The notes beneath the pieces are model-generated. The model was not told the origin of the DNA. It saw only the letters and a list, made by a program, of their open reading frames with translations, and made no database searches. Shown piece by piece: positions 1-13,476 of a stretch of DNA of 64,000 nucleotides. A program made the position numbers and the translations under genes. Source of the DNA: Anaeramoeba ignava BMAN (Eukaryota; Protista; Anaeramoebae); assembly GCA_028826165.1 (NCBI GenBank), contig JAPDFW010000081.1, forward strand, positions 124,001-188,000, in the 5' to 3' direction. Position 1 is the first letter of the stretch; the number at the start of each line of letters is the position of its first letter.

Positions 1-350
1 ATATAAATTATAAATATTGTTTATTTATTATAAAATATAATAAAATAATTAAAAATAATAAATCAAAATAAAATTAAATCGAAATAAAATTAAATAAAAA
101 AAAAAGCAATTTTGAGAATAATAAAATATTAAAATCTAGAATTAAATTAAATAACTTTAGGCATTAAATATTGTTTACTTATTATAAAATATAATAAATT
201 AATTAAAAATAATAAATTAAAATAAAATTAAATCAAAATAAAATTAAATAAAAAAAAAAGCAATTTTGAGAATAATAAAATATTAAAATCTAGAATTAAA
301 TTAAATAAATATAAATTATAAATATTGTTTACTTATTATAAAATATAAAA
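1..350. repeat. AT-rich direct repeat, ~154-bp period, ~2.3 copies visible (may continue left of the window)
   Basis: 'aaatattgttt' recurs at ~12, 166 and 320; 'tctagaattaaattaaataa' recurs at 135 and 289. Confidence 0.8.
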
Positions 351-559
351 AAAATTAAATTAAAAGGAGAAAAATTAAATTAAATTAAAAGGGGAAAAAT
401 AAGTTCCAAATAAATAAAAACAAAAAATTTTTTTTTAATTCATTTTCTATTCATTTTCTATTCATTTTCTTTTCAAAATTTTTTTAAAAGTAAAAATAAA
501 TAAAAATAATAAAAATTAAATTAAAAATTAAAAGTTCACTTTTTTTTTTTAATAGCAAA

Positions 560-3500
560 ATGTCAAGATTTAGAAGAACACCATCACCACCAAAAACACC
601 AACAACCGTATTATCACATTCGAAAACATCAGTTTTACGATTAAGACCACACTTTTTTGTTCATATTTCAGATGAGAATAAGAACACAGTACGATTACTT
701 GAAGGACCAGTTACTTACACACTTAGTCAACAAGAATCATGTGTTAGAGGACCTGAAGCAATGATTTTAGTCCCACCAGGTCATTATGCAAGAATTGCCA
801 ATCCAGTCATGAGAGATAAAGATGGAAATCCGATAAAAGATAGTCATGGACAAGTAAAGAAAAAAAAAAGCAAAAAAAAAATTTAAATAAAAATTCTCAT
901 TTATTTTTTCATTTTGAAATTTTAATTAATGTTTTGATTAGGTTCGATTAAGAAATGGAGATGTTGAGATTGTTTTACACAAACCCGAACCATTTGCACT
1001 TTATCCAGGAGAAGAACTTGAAGGAACTGTAAGAGAGTTTTATTTTAAATTTAATTTTAATTTTAATTTTGATTTTAATTTTAATTTTAATTTTAATTTT
1101 ATTTTAATTTTAATTTAAATTTTAATTTTAATTTTAATTTTAATTTTAATTTTAATTTTAATTTTAATTTTAATTTTAATTTTAATTTTAATTTTAATTT
1201 TAATTTTAATTTTAATTTTAATTTTAATTTTAATTTTAATTTTAATTTTAATTTAATTTTAATTTTAATTTTAATTTTAATTTTAATTTTAATTTTAATT
1301 TTAATTTTAATTTTAATTTTAATTTTAATTTTAATTTTAATTTTAATTTTAATTTTAATTTTAATTTTAATTTTAATTTTAATTTTAATTTTAATTTTAA
1401 TTTTAATTTTAATTTTAATTTTTAATTTTAATTTTAATTTTAATTCTAATTTTTATTTTAATTTAATTTTAATTTTAATTTTAATTTTAATTTTAATTTA
1501 AATTTATTTATTTAATTTTATTTTAATTTTAATTTTATTTTTATTTTATTTTGATTTAGATTACTCCCCTCAAAATTGTATTGGAAGGACAAGCCCTTAG
1601 ATTAGAAGCAATCCGAAACTTCGAAGACACAATTCTCGAAGACAACAAACCGAAGAAAATCAAACGAATTGCAGGGGAACAATGGTATTTCATAGGGCCA
1701 GGAACATATATACCGCGAGTAGAAGTAGCAATCAAAGAAACAGTCCGAAACTCAATCATTTTATCCAACGCAGCATTGAAGTTACGAGCAAGACGGGAAT
1801 GCATTGACTGCGACGGAAAGACACGGAAAACCGGGGAAGAATGGCTTGTGCGACGGGAAGGAGAGTATTTGCCCAACATTGACGAGATTGTAGTGGGACC
1901 CGTGCAAGCAGTTGTGCTTGTTCGAGAAAAAGCGGTTCATTTACAAGCAGTAAAGACATTCAAGGACATTTACGGGGTTGAGCGCAAGGCAGGAGACGAG
2001 TGGCTTGTGACGAGCGAGATGTCAACAATGCATATTCCCGATGTGTATGAGAAAGTCATGGGCGAGGTCCGAATCACTGAGTTGACAAGCATGCAATATT
2101 GCGTGATTTTGGATCCAATTGACAGCGACGGCAAGCAGCATCTCGGACAGAAGAAAATGATTGTCGGACCCAAGCAGTTCTTCCTGCAGCCAGGCGAGCG
2201 ACTCGAGAAGGGCATCCAGGATGTTTTCCTTCTTGGAGAACAAGAAGCGTTACTTTTACGTTGTAAAGAGAAGTTTTATGAAGTTGACCCGATCAAAAAC
2301 AAAAAAGTGGAACGCGAACCAGGAATCCGTTGGATGGTTTACGGACCCAGACAATATGTCCCCCCCACACAAGTCGAAGTTATTGAGAGAAGATCATCAA
2401 TTCCGTTGAATGACAACGAGGGAATTTATGTCAGAGATTTGAACACAGGAAAAGTCTCATCAGTCATCGGCGAAACCTATATGCTCAAGCCTAACGAAGA
2501 GTTGTGGCAGAAGGATCTACCGCCGATTGTGGAGAAACTTATCGGACAGGATGAGGACGCTCTTTCGGGACGCGCATGGACTGCAAAGAAACAGCGCAGA
2601 TCCACACGCGACAAAACAAAAGTTGTCACTTACCCCATCCCGCACAACGCCGCAGTGCAGATTTACGACTACAAGAAACGCGAGGCAAGAGTGCAATTCG
2701 GTCCCGATCTCGCAATGCTCGGACCCGATGAGCACTTCACTCTTCTCTCAATCTCAGGAGGCAAGCCCAAACGTCCTGACGTGATCCAATCCGTTACTCT
2801 TCTCCTCGGTCCGGACTTCATGACAGATATCATCACAGTCGAGACAAGCGATCACGCACGGCTTTCCCTTCAACTTTCATACAACTGGCACTTCGAGGTC
2901 GACAAGGAAAGCCAAGAAGATGCGCGAAAAATTTTCCAAGTTTCGGATTTTGTTGGTGATGCGTGCAAAGCAATAGCGTCGAAAATCCGAGCGCTTGTAG
3001 CTACGAAATCATTCGACGAATTCCACAAAGGATCCGCTCGAGCAATCCGTATTGCCGTTTTTGGACTGGATTCAGATAATCATGTCAACGACTGTTTCCG
3101 TTTCGAATCAAATAATCTAGTGATCACAAACATCGATATTCAATCCGTTGAACCGGTGGATAAAGACACACTTCTTTCGCTCCAAAAATCGGTTCAACTC
3201 GCTATCAAAATCACCTCAGAATCCCAAGAAGCCGCTGCAAAGCACGAGGCTAAGCGTCGCGAAACAGAGGCTAAAGGAAAACTTGAAAACCTCAAAATCG
3301 TCGCAAATTCACAAGCTGAAAAAAAACGCAAAGAGCTCCTCGAACACAAGGCAGAATGCGCCGCTATATCAACAACTGGAAAGGCTAAAGCTGAGGCACA
3401 AGCTAAAGCCGAGGCTGCTCATATCATAGGTACTATGTCCGTCCAGCAGGCTCAGCTTGAATCTCAAACTCTTAAGATTGACCAGGAATCAAAACGCAAA

Positions 3501-3800
3501 ATTATCGGTAACCGTTATGATTTGGATTACACTCACCAGGAAAGAATGGATAATCTTGATTTGGAAAAGGCTAAAAATTTATCCGAAATTAAATCTCAAG
3601 CTCTTAAAAAAATTGTTGATGCTATTAGTGTCCAAACTCTTCAAAATATTGCAAAGGCTTCTCCTTTGTTCAAGTCTCGTATCTTGAAGGGTCTTGGTGT
3701 TCGTAATTATCTTATTACTGATGGAAAATCTCAAATCAATATGTTTGGTGATGGAATGAATCAAATGAATCAAATGAATCCAAAGGATGAAAAGAAATAA
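560..3800 (+). CDS. MVP: Major vault protein; exons 560-853, 942-1028, 1560-3800
   Basis: Vault repeats (GEEWLVRREGEYLP, GDEWLVT, GPRQYVPP), shoulder domain (LGPDFMTDIITVETSDHARLSLQLSYNWHF) and C-terminal coiled-coil cap. GT-AG introns join the exons in frame. Confidence 0.97.
1040..1555. repeat. (TTTTAA)n hexamer array filling MVP intron 2
   Basis: Direct reading of the sequence. Confidence 0.95.
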
Positions 3801-4238
3801 TTTTTTCTTTTTTTCAATTCTTTTCCAATTCTTTTCCAATTCTTTTCCAATTCTTTTCTTTTTCGGTTTTAATTAAAAAAAACCAAATCCAAATCCAAAA
3901 AACAAAAAACAATATTTTATTTTTATTTTTATTTTTATTTTTTTTAATTTCAAAAGAAAAAAACAAAAACAGAAAACAAAATTGGAGAATCAATTTGTCA
4001 AAAGAAAGAAACAACATTTTATTTCATTTTGAATTTGAATTTGATTTTGATTTTGATATTGAATTTGAATTTGATTTTGATTTTGAATTTCAATTTGATT
4101 TTGATTTTGAATTTGATTTTAATTTTAATTTGATTTTGAATTTCATTTTGAATTTGAATTTGAATTTGATTTTGAATTTCAATTTGATTTTGAATTTGAT
4201 TTTGATTTTGATTTTGATTTTGAATTCCATTTCGAATT

Positions 4239-6545
4239 TTATTTAAATTTAATTTGATATTTTGGATAACGATTGGATATTTGATTCTGTCGATCTTCAT
4301 GACTGAAATACAAAAGAGAAGAAATTTTTTGATAAAGAACAATGATTTTTCTAATGTGATCTCTATTAATTATTTTTTATATATCAATTTAGGTTATTTT
4401 ATATTTTATTTTTTATTTTTTATTTGAATAAAAATTTACCCAATTTCTGTTTGTGCAAGTTCGTTTTCACTTTCTTGTGTCCAAATTGAAAACCGAATAA
4501 AATTAGGTTTAATAGTTACAACAATTCCACAAATAAGTTCAGTTTCTGGAAATTGTTCTCCAATCAAACCAAGCAACTATTTTATTTTAAATTGAAAAAT
4601 AAATATTAAATTAAATATTCAATTAATTATTAAAATAAATATTAAATATTAAATATTAAATTAAATATCAAATATTAAATATTAAATATCAAATATTAAA
4701 TAAATATTAAAATATTAAATATTAAAATAAATATCAAATATTAAAATAAATATTTAAATTAATTATTAAAATAAATATCAAATAAATATTTAAATTAATT
4801 ATTAAAATACCAAATCAATCCAAATTTTATCATGAGGTAATTCTTCCTGAAAATAATTTTTATAATGATTATGTTCAATTTGAAACTGGAAATCCCAAGC
4901 TCCACCACCAATATTTTTTTCATCTTCCCATTCAGGTTTAATTCCTTCTCGGAAGAAGAAAAGGGAATTTCCAGGTTGAATTTCACTCGGCATTCTAATT
5001 TTGTTATAGATTGACCAAAAACTTTCAACCTAATTTTATTAATAACAAAAATATCAAATATTTAATAAATATTATTAATTAATTCAATGTTAAATATTTA
5101 ATAAATATTCTTAATTAATTCAATGTCAAATATTTAATAAATATTATTAATTAATTTAATATCAATTATTTAATAAATATTCTTATTAAATTCAATGTTA
5201 ATTATTTAATAAATATTCTTATTAAATTCAATGTCAATTATTTAATAAATATTCTTAATTTATTTAATGTCAAATATTTGGTAAATTCTTATTAAAATTA
5301 TTTAATAAATATTCTTAATAAATTTAATATTAAATATTTATTAAATATTCTTAATTTATTCAATGTCAATTATTTAATAAATATTCTTAATAAATTTAAT
5401 GTCAATTATTTAATAAATATTATTAATTAATTTATTATCAATTATTTAATAAATATTCTTATTAAATTCAATGTTAATTTATTTAATAAATATTCTTAAT
5501 TTGTTCAATGTCAATTATTTAATAAATATTCTTATTAAATTTAATATCAAATATTTAATAAATATTATTAATAAATTTAATGTCAAATATTTAATAAATA
5601 TTCTTATTAAATTTAATATCAATTATTTAGTAAATTATTATTAAATTTAATGTCAATTATTTAATAAATATTCTTATTAAATTCAATGTTAATTATTTAA
5701 TAAATATTCTTAATTTATTTAATGTCAAATATTTGGTAAATTCTTATTAAAATTATTTAATAAATATTATTAATAAATTCAATATCATTTATTTAATAAA
5801 TATTCTTATTAAATTTAATATTAATTATTTAATAAATATTATTAATAAATTCAATGTCAATTATTTGGTAAATATTCTTAATAAATATTCTTAATTAATT
5901 TAATAAATATTCTTAATAAATTTAATATCAATTATTTATTAAATATTCTTAATTTATTTAATAAATATTCTTAATAAATTCAATGTTAAATATTTAATAA
6001 ATATTCTTAATAAATTCAATGTCAATTATTTAATAAATATTATTAATTAATTTAATGTTATTTATTTAATAAATATTCTTATTAAATTTAATATCAATTA
6101 TTTAATAAATATTATTAATAAATTCAATGTTAATTATTTAATAAATGTTCTTAATAAATTTAATATCAATTATTTAATAAATATTATTAATAAATATTCT
6201 TAAATTATTTAATAAATATTCAATGTCAAATATTTGGTAAATTCTTATTAAAATTATTTAATAAATATTCTTAATTTGTATCCAATTTTTTGTTTATTAA
6301 TTTAAATTTTGTTTTAAAAAATTTTTTTTTGCTTTTTTTTTTTAAAAAACAAAAACACAAACAGTTGAACATTCAGCAATTTTTTGGATTCGATCTTTCC
6401 AATCTATTGTTTGTTGTCGATTCTTTGGTAAAGCCCAAAAAATCCAAGAACCATTTAATGGATGTAAAGTTGAATCAATATCTTCATCAGGTTCATCTTT
6501 TAATGAATAACTGTCTTGAACTTCAATTCGATTAATACTTAACAT
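4239..6545 (-). CDS. eIF4E: Cap-binding translation initiation factor eIF4E; exons ~6545-6363, 5029-4811, 4576-4440, ~4362-4239
   Basis: Spliced protein has HPLNGSWIFW, TVESFWSIYNKI, FFFREGIKPEWED..N..GGAW, LIGEQF and ICGIV...RFSIW, i.e. the conserved eIF4E tryptophans. Confidence 0.93.
5045..6280. repeat. Degenerate ~36-bp AT-rich tandem repeat in eIF4E intron 1
   Basis: Recurring 'aattatttaataaatattcttattaaattcaatgtc' variants. Confidence 0.8.
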
Positions 6546-6724
6546 TTTAGTGTAATTTATGTAAATTATAAAAACGGAAAAAAAAAGGGAAAAAAAGGAA
6601 AAAAAATAATAAAAAAAAAAGAAATAAAAAGAAAAGAAAAGAAAAAAAAGAAAAATAAAAAATGATTTCCAAAATTTTTGTTTTTTTATTTTTCATTTTT
6701 TTTCTTGTTTAAAAAAAAAAAAAA

Positions 6725-8441
6725 ATGCAACAAAATCCTCCAATAAAATCAACTAAAATTTTACTTCAATATCTCCAAGAAAAAAATTATGATTCAATTT
6801 TTTCGAAATTACAAAAAAAAACAAACATTCAAATTCAACACGAATGTTTAACAGAATTAGAAAAATACATTTTAAACGGAGATTTTGAATCAACAGAAAA
6901 AATAATCACTAATTTGGAAAAAGAAGCAATTTTTGAGAAATTTGTCGCAAATAATTTGCCAATTTATCATTTAAAACACCGCAAAATTGAGGAATCACCG
7001 CCTCCAAGATCTTCTCAAAGCATGTGTTTTGATCCACAAAAAAAAACCGTTTTTTTAATCGGCGGAATTTATGAAAAACACAAGTTGCATGATTTTTGGA
7101 AATTTGAAATGGATAAAAAAATTTGGACAAAACTTGATTCGCCGTTTAAAATATCAGGCGATGAAAAGGACAGCAATAAAGACGGTCAATTCAAAATACA
7201 CAAAAAGGAAACCGTTTATAAATTGTTTTGGAACCCTTCGAATTCGAATCTTTATGTCTTTAGACAATTTACAAATGAAAAAATACCTTTGCAATTATTC
7301 GCTTATAATTTTCAAGCCTCTGTTTGGGAATTCATCGAAACAGTCATCGATCCACAAACTCCCAATTTTATACACAGCGATATTGTTATGGATCATTTTG
7401 ATGGGATGCTTTATTGTTTTTGTGGATCGCAAAATTCTGTTGTTGGATTTTATCAGTTTGATCTGAAAAATTTGAAGTGGAATCTTCTTTCCCAAACAAC
7501 AAAAAATAATGAAGTAATACTTACTCGGGAGAACTGCTCTTTGATGCTGGATTCCAAGAATTTTGGCGATAAAGTGATTATTGAATTTTCATCAATTCAA
7601 ATGAGCAAAAAAATTAATTTATTTTTTTCCAAATTATTTATTTAAATCTATCTAGGTCATAATTATATGTGGGGGAAAATATGACGAAGATCCCTTATCA
7701 GACATCATTCTTTTCAACACAAAAACTCAGCAATTCACAATTCATCACCCAAATATTTACAAACAAGGAATACGAAAAGATTCATTGATTCGATCTTTTC
7801 TTGATGAAGAAGACGCAAAAATCTATCTTCTCTGCGAAAATAACAAAAGAGATATAAAAACCCCCAAAAGAGAGCTGTGGGTCTATGACATTGCGGGAAG
7901 AAACTGGGGTGAATGCCAACTCAAAACACAAAAAACAAAGGAAAACAAAACGCTTTTTGATTATAGAGAAGGTCATTCAACACTTTTTGACATCAACTCA
8001 AAAACGATCCACTTTTTTTTCGGGATTGTCCACAAACAAAATTACCGCGAAAAACTCCAGTGGGAACGTTTGCAAATGAAGTATAAACGAACAGTGTTTA
8101 TGAACGACTCTTTCCAATTAGTAATCGAACCAAAAAAAGATCTCAAAGGTGTTTTGTCTTCTTTATTGTTTATTATTCGAAAAGAGCTTTTCCTCGAATT
8201 ATTGGATGAAGGAAACCAACTTCTCTGTGTTGAGCTTCTTCAGAATAAAATCACTCCTTTAGTTAATCAGGATTCTTGGGCTGAAAACAAAGAATTGAGA
8301 GTTTTATCCAATTTGATTTTTTCCACTAAACCTCTCAATCACGATAAAACTAAATCAAGAGAAAAAATATTGCAATTAATTATGCAAAATCTACCGAATG
8401 AAATGAAAGCCCCAAAAACAAAGCTTTCTGATATCATTTAA
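6725..8441 (+). CDS. Muskelin-like LisH/CTLH/Kelch protein; exons 6725-7573, 7656-8441
   Basis: N-terminal LisH (KILLQYLQEKNY...LQKKTNIQIQH..LTEL...ILNGDF), Kelch repeats (PPPRSSQSMCFD...FLIGG...LHDFWKF), muskelin-like C-terminus (FIIRKELFLEL...LPNEMKAPKTKLSD). No N-terminal discoidin domain seen. Confidence 0.75.
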
Positions 8442-8569
8442 AATTCATTTTGAAATTTAAAATCAAAATTAAAATTTAAATCAAAATTAAAATTTAAATT
8501 CATTTTGAAAATTTAAATTCATTTTGAAAATTAAAATTTTTCAATTTTGTGTTTGTTTTATTTATTTAT

Positions 8570-10593
8570 TTAATCTTCATAATTATCAGCTAAGGTTAAC
8601 AATGAATTTTGGATCTCAAGTTTTGCATCAGAATCCAATCCATTATGTACAAATTCTGGAAATAATTCAGTGCGAATCCTCATAAACCTGTCAGTAAAAG
8701 AACGCAAAAATGAACTTATTGATCTTGAACTTGTCAAAGTGCTAAACAAAGGGAATTGCTGAACATGAGTATTTCTTGGGAAACGAGCGCTGCTTTGATT
8801 AGAGATTTCGCGCTTTGTTTCCTCTTGCTGAATCTGCTGAATTAATTGATTGAGATGAGAGTTGTTTTTGTTCTCTTTGGGAAGAAGAATAGAGTTTTTT
8901 TGTTGAGGATAAATTTTGACTCCATTTTCATTTACTTCAGAAGTAAAAATTCTTGGGAAAGAACCAGAAGTTTTAAGAGGAGAAGAAATCACATCGTAAG
9001 TTCGCGAAATGGCCCGTGTTTTTGACAGGAAATCTGAGATGAAATCTGATGTGTTTTGCTTTGGTTCGTTCGGTTTGTTTGAAAATTGATGCTCAAGTTC
9101 AACGCCTCGGATCACAAAATATTCCGAGTAAAGAAGAGAGAAGTCAAATGGCTGATAAAGAGGCGATAAAGGGCTTGTGAATAATGGATTTTGAGGTGAG
9201 TATAAGGATTCTGTTTCGGAAAAAACGGATTTGAATGAACTGTCCATATATATTTTTTGAGAGCCTTGAAAGTAACCGCGGTCTTCAATAAGAGGAAGAG
9301 GAAAACAAGCAAAAGCAGAAGCTAGTTTCATCGAAGCACGGATATTCACCAATTTTGTCAAATCATGGATCGAGAATCGCGTGTTCATGACTTGGTGCGG
9401 TCCAAGCAAATTCACCAAATAGGATGCGAGAATAGAGCTTGTTTGGTAATAATTCGAACCGTTGTATTTCAAAAGAGGAAAGTTTATTTGCGAACTCTCG
9501 TTTTTTTGGTTCGAATTTGTCGTAAATTTTGCCTGTTTCTTCGTCTGATCTTCAACTTCAAGTGGCACATAAATATGACATTTTTCAACAATATTCGTCA
9601 ACGAAAGTGCTGAATTTAAAATGAAAGCATCATTTGAAATTTGATCCAAATTGGATAATGAATTTGGAGACGTTGCAAAAACAATTTTTTTAATTTTGGG
9701 ACATTCCCCATTGAGATAATCGAAAAAAGCGTTAGCAAAACCAGCAAATCCGTTCAAATGATCAACAGAAGCATAAATTCCCTGAAGAGCATCACTTTCC
9801 TCAAGAAAAAACCGAAAACGATCCGTAATTTCATCTTCTTGATAAGTATTTCCGTTAAACGCTTTTTCTCCCTCAAAGAAGCACTCTAAAGGGTTACTTT
9901 CGCGGCGGAAATTGCTCAGCTCAAAGATGCTTTTGGGATGTAATTCAACCCCAAGAAAGTCGCTCCAAAATTCAACCATATCATCAAGTGGCGGAAGTTC
10001 TGGCTCTATTTTATTTTTTTCTTTTTTTTCTTGATCTGTCCGTTCGTTCATTTTGGGTTGATTATCTTTTTCTCCAAAATAACCATCTTGCTCAATTTTA
10101 TTCGGCTCTGTATCCTCTTCAAATGATCGTAAATACCAGTTTTTTTGGCGCGGTTTTTCGAACTCGATCATTTCTATTTTGCCGTCCCAAGTCGGGATAA
10201 AGTCATCTTCGTTCGTGATTTCTGTTTGGCTGATTATCTGGAAGTTAGAGTATTTGTCTGGGTCTTTTTTTGTTTGATTTTGTTTGGATAATTTGTTGAT
10301 GCGCGGATCGAAGTCATTGTAAATAAATCCGTTGGAAGGCATATTATTTAGCGAGCCTTTGTTATCAAAACATAAAACTCTTGGTGTTCTTGTTTCTTCG
10401 TTCTGGAAGTGGTTTATTAATTTATATTGAGGATATTTTTGATTTTTTTATTTTATTTTAAATAATTTACATATTTTGTTATTCCTGTTCGAAATAAATT
10501 ATTATTTTTTTGTTCTTGTGAATCTTGGAGATTCCAATAATGAGAACCAAGATAATTCGAATAAGGTCCAAATTGAAGAGAAATGAATTCCAT
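8570..10593 (-). CDS. MSTO1: Misato/DML1 tubulin-like protein; exons 10593-10471, 10402-8570
   Basis: MEFISLQFGPYSNYLGSHYWNLQ N-terminus, TPRVLCFDNKGSL, VEFWSDFL...LHPKS, DRFRFFLEESDALQG. Confidence 0.92.
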
Positions 10594-10693
10594 TTATATT
10601 TTTTTTAGAAAGAAAAAAAATGAAAAATGAAAAATGAAAATTTCATTTTTTATTTTTTAAAAAATAAAATATAAAATATAAAATATAAAATAT

Positions 10694-13304
10694 ATGGAAG
10701 AAAAAAAAACTCTATTTCAAGTATCAATGAAACGTCTTGATTCTATGATTAAATCCTATGATTTTCTTCAAGACCGTTCTGCGAATTCTTTATTAAATCC
10801 CACAATAAACGAATTAGAAAACAAAGAGCAAAGAATAAGTCAAATTCTTAATCAACTAGATTCTTGTATTAAAGAAAATGATCAAATACTTGAAACACTG
10901 CGTAGTCTTGATTGGTCAGGGCAGCTCCCAAAATATACTGGAAAATTGTGGATATTTTTTTATTATATATTTTAATTCCAATCCAATAATTTAATATCAT
11001 TTTTGGATTTTTATAAATTTTTTAATTCAAATTATTAAGAAAACAAAAAAACTAATTTATCAATTTTAATTTGGGATTTTTAAACAGACCAATTCCTCCA
11101 TTATGTGGTGCTATTCCTTTTCCACCAGATCAAGAAATACCGCCAAATTATTTAGTAAATTTTTATTTGAAATGAAAAGAATTGATTTATATTTATAATT
11201 TAAAATATTTTTTTTTCTTTTTGATTTTGGATAATAGGTTGCAGTGAAGACTCAAGAAACGGATGAACCTATTTTATGTTATGTTAAAAAAAAAACAGAT
11301 CAAGGTGCTTATGAGGTTGTTGATGCTGATGAAGTGAATGAACCTAGGTTAATCTTAAATTTAATTAATTTTGAATTTTGAATTGAATTTTGAATTGAAA
11401 TATTTTTGAATTGAATTATATTTGAATTGAATTATTTTTAAATTGAAATATTTTTAAATTAAATTATTTTGGAATTGAAATATTTTTAAATTGAATTATA
11501 TTTAAATTGAATTATATTTAAATTGAAATATTTTTAAATTGAAATATTTTTAAATTGAAATATTTTTAAATTGAAATATTTTTAAATTGAAATATTTTGG
11601 AATTATATTTAAATTGAATTATTTTTAAATTGAAATATTTTTAAATTGAAATATTTTTAAATTGAAATATTTTGGAATTGAAATATTTTTGAATTGAAAT
11701 ATTTTTAAATTGAAATATTTTTAAATTGAATTATTTTTAAATTGAAATATTTTTAAATTGAATTATATTTAAATTGAAATATTTTTGAATTGAATTATAT
11801 TTGAATTGAATTATTTTTAAATTAAATTATTTTTAAATTAAATTGAATTATTTTTAAATTGAAATATTTTTAAATTGAATTATTTTGGAATTGAAATATT
11901 TTTGGAATTGAATTATATTTAAATTGAAATATTTTTAAATTGAAATATTTTTAAATTGAATTATTTTTAAATTGAAATATTTTTAAATTGAATTATTTTT
12001 AAATTGAAATATTTTTGAATTGAATTATATTTTAAATTGAAATATTTTTAAATTGAAATATTTTTAAATTGAATTATTTTTAAATTGAATTATTTTTAAA
12101 TTGAAATATTTTTAAATTGAAATATTTTTAAATTGAAATATTTTGGAATTGAAATATTTTGGAATTGAAATATTTTTATATTAAATTTAATTTTAAATTG
12201 AAATATTTTTAAATTGAAATATATTTAAATTGAATTATATTTAAATTGAAATATTTTTGAATTGAAATATTTTTAAATTGAAATATTTTTAAATTGAAAT
12301 ATTTTTAAATTGAAATATTTTGGAATTAAATATATTTAAATTGAAATATATTTAAATTGAAATATATTTAAATTGAAATATTTTGGAATTGAATTATTTT
12401 GGAATTGAATTATTTTGGAATTGAATTATTTTTAAATTGAAATATTTTGGAATTGAATTATATTTAAATTGAATTATATTTAAATTGAATTATATTTAAA
12501 TTGAATTATATTTAAATTGAATTATATTTAAATTGAATTATATTTAAATTGAATTATTTTTAAATTGAAATATTTTGGAATTGAATTATATTTAAATTGA
12601 AATATTTTTAAATTGAAATATTTTGGAATTGAATTATATTTAAATTGAAATATTTTTAAATTGAAAATTAATTTGAATTGAAATATTTTTAAATTGAAAT
12701 AAATTGAAATATATTTAAATTGAATTATTTTTAAATTGAAATATTTTTAAATTGAATTAAATTTAAATTGAAATATTTTTGGAATTGAATTAAATTGAAA
12801 TATATTTAAATTGAAATATATTTGAATTGAAATATTTTTAAATTGAAATATTTTTAAATTGAATTATTTTTGAATTGAAATATTTTTAAATTGAATTATA
12901 TTTAAATTGAAAATTAATTTGGATTTAAAAAAATAGAATATTTCTTGTTACAAGAGATCAATTAGTTCCACTTCCAAGATGGTATCCAATATTAGATGTT
13001 CGTGAAACAGAATTTCCAGTTAAATCAAAAGTTCGAGCAATTTATCCAGAAACAACTGCTTTTTATTCTGCTGAGGTTATTGCACCACCAAGTGGAAGAA
13101 CAACACCAGTAAATTATAAAATTAAAATTAAATAAAAATAAAAATTAAAATTTAAATCGGAAAAATTAAAAATAAAATCGGAAAAAAAAATTGTTTTAGA
13201 ATCCACCTAATCCTTATGATTATAAATTAATTTTTGAAGGAGAAACTGCAATTCATACTGTAAATGCTCGACATGTTGTTGATGAGAAATTTTTTAAAAA
13301 TTAA
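10694..13304 (+). CDS. SGF29: SAGA-associated factor 29 (tandem Tudor); 5 exons
   Basis: Spliced protein contains PIPPLCGAIP, YEVVDADE, LVPLPRW, VRAIYPETTAFYSAEV and YKLIFEG, all SGF29 signatures. Confidence 0.88.
11370..12925. repeat. ~16-bp tandem repeat (aattgaaatattttta)n in SGF29 intron 3
   Basis: Direct reading of the sequence. Confidence 0.9.
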
Positions 13305-13476
13305 ACAGGAAAAAATATTTCTTCTTTTTTTTTAATTTTTAATTTTAATTTTGATGAAAAAAAAAATAATAAAAAAAGAATTTTAAATCGTTAAAAAATT
13401 TTTCATTTTTATTTTATCAATTAATATTTTATCAATTATTATTTTATAAATTATTATTTTATCAATTATTTTATCA

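Noticed and set aside
1556-3687. Short antisense or alternate-frame ORFs over MVP (likewise over Misato, the surface protein and the TRAF gene)
   Set aside because: Shadow ORFs of GC-richer coding exons with no recognisable motifs.
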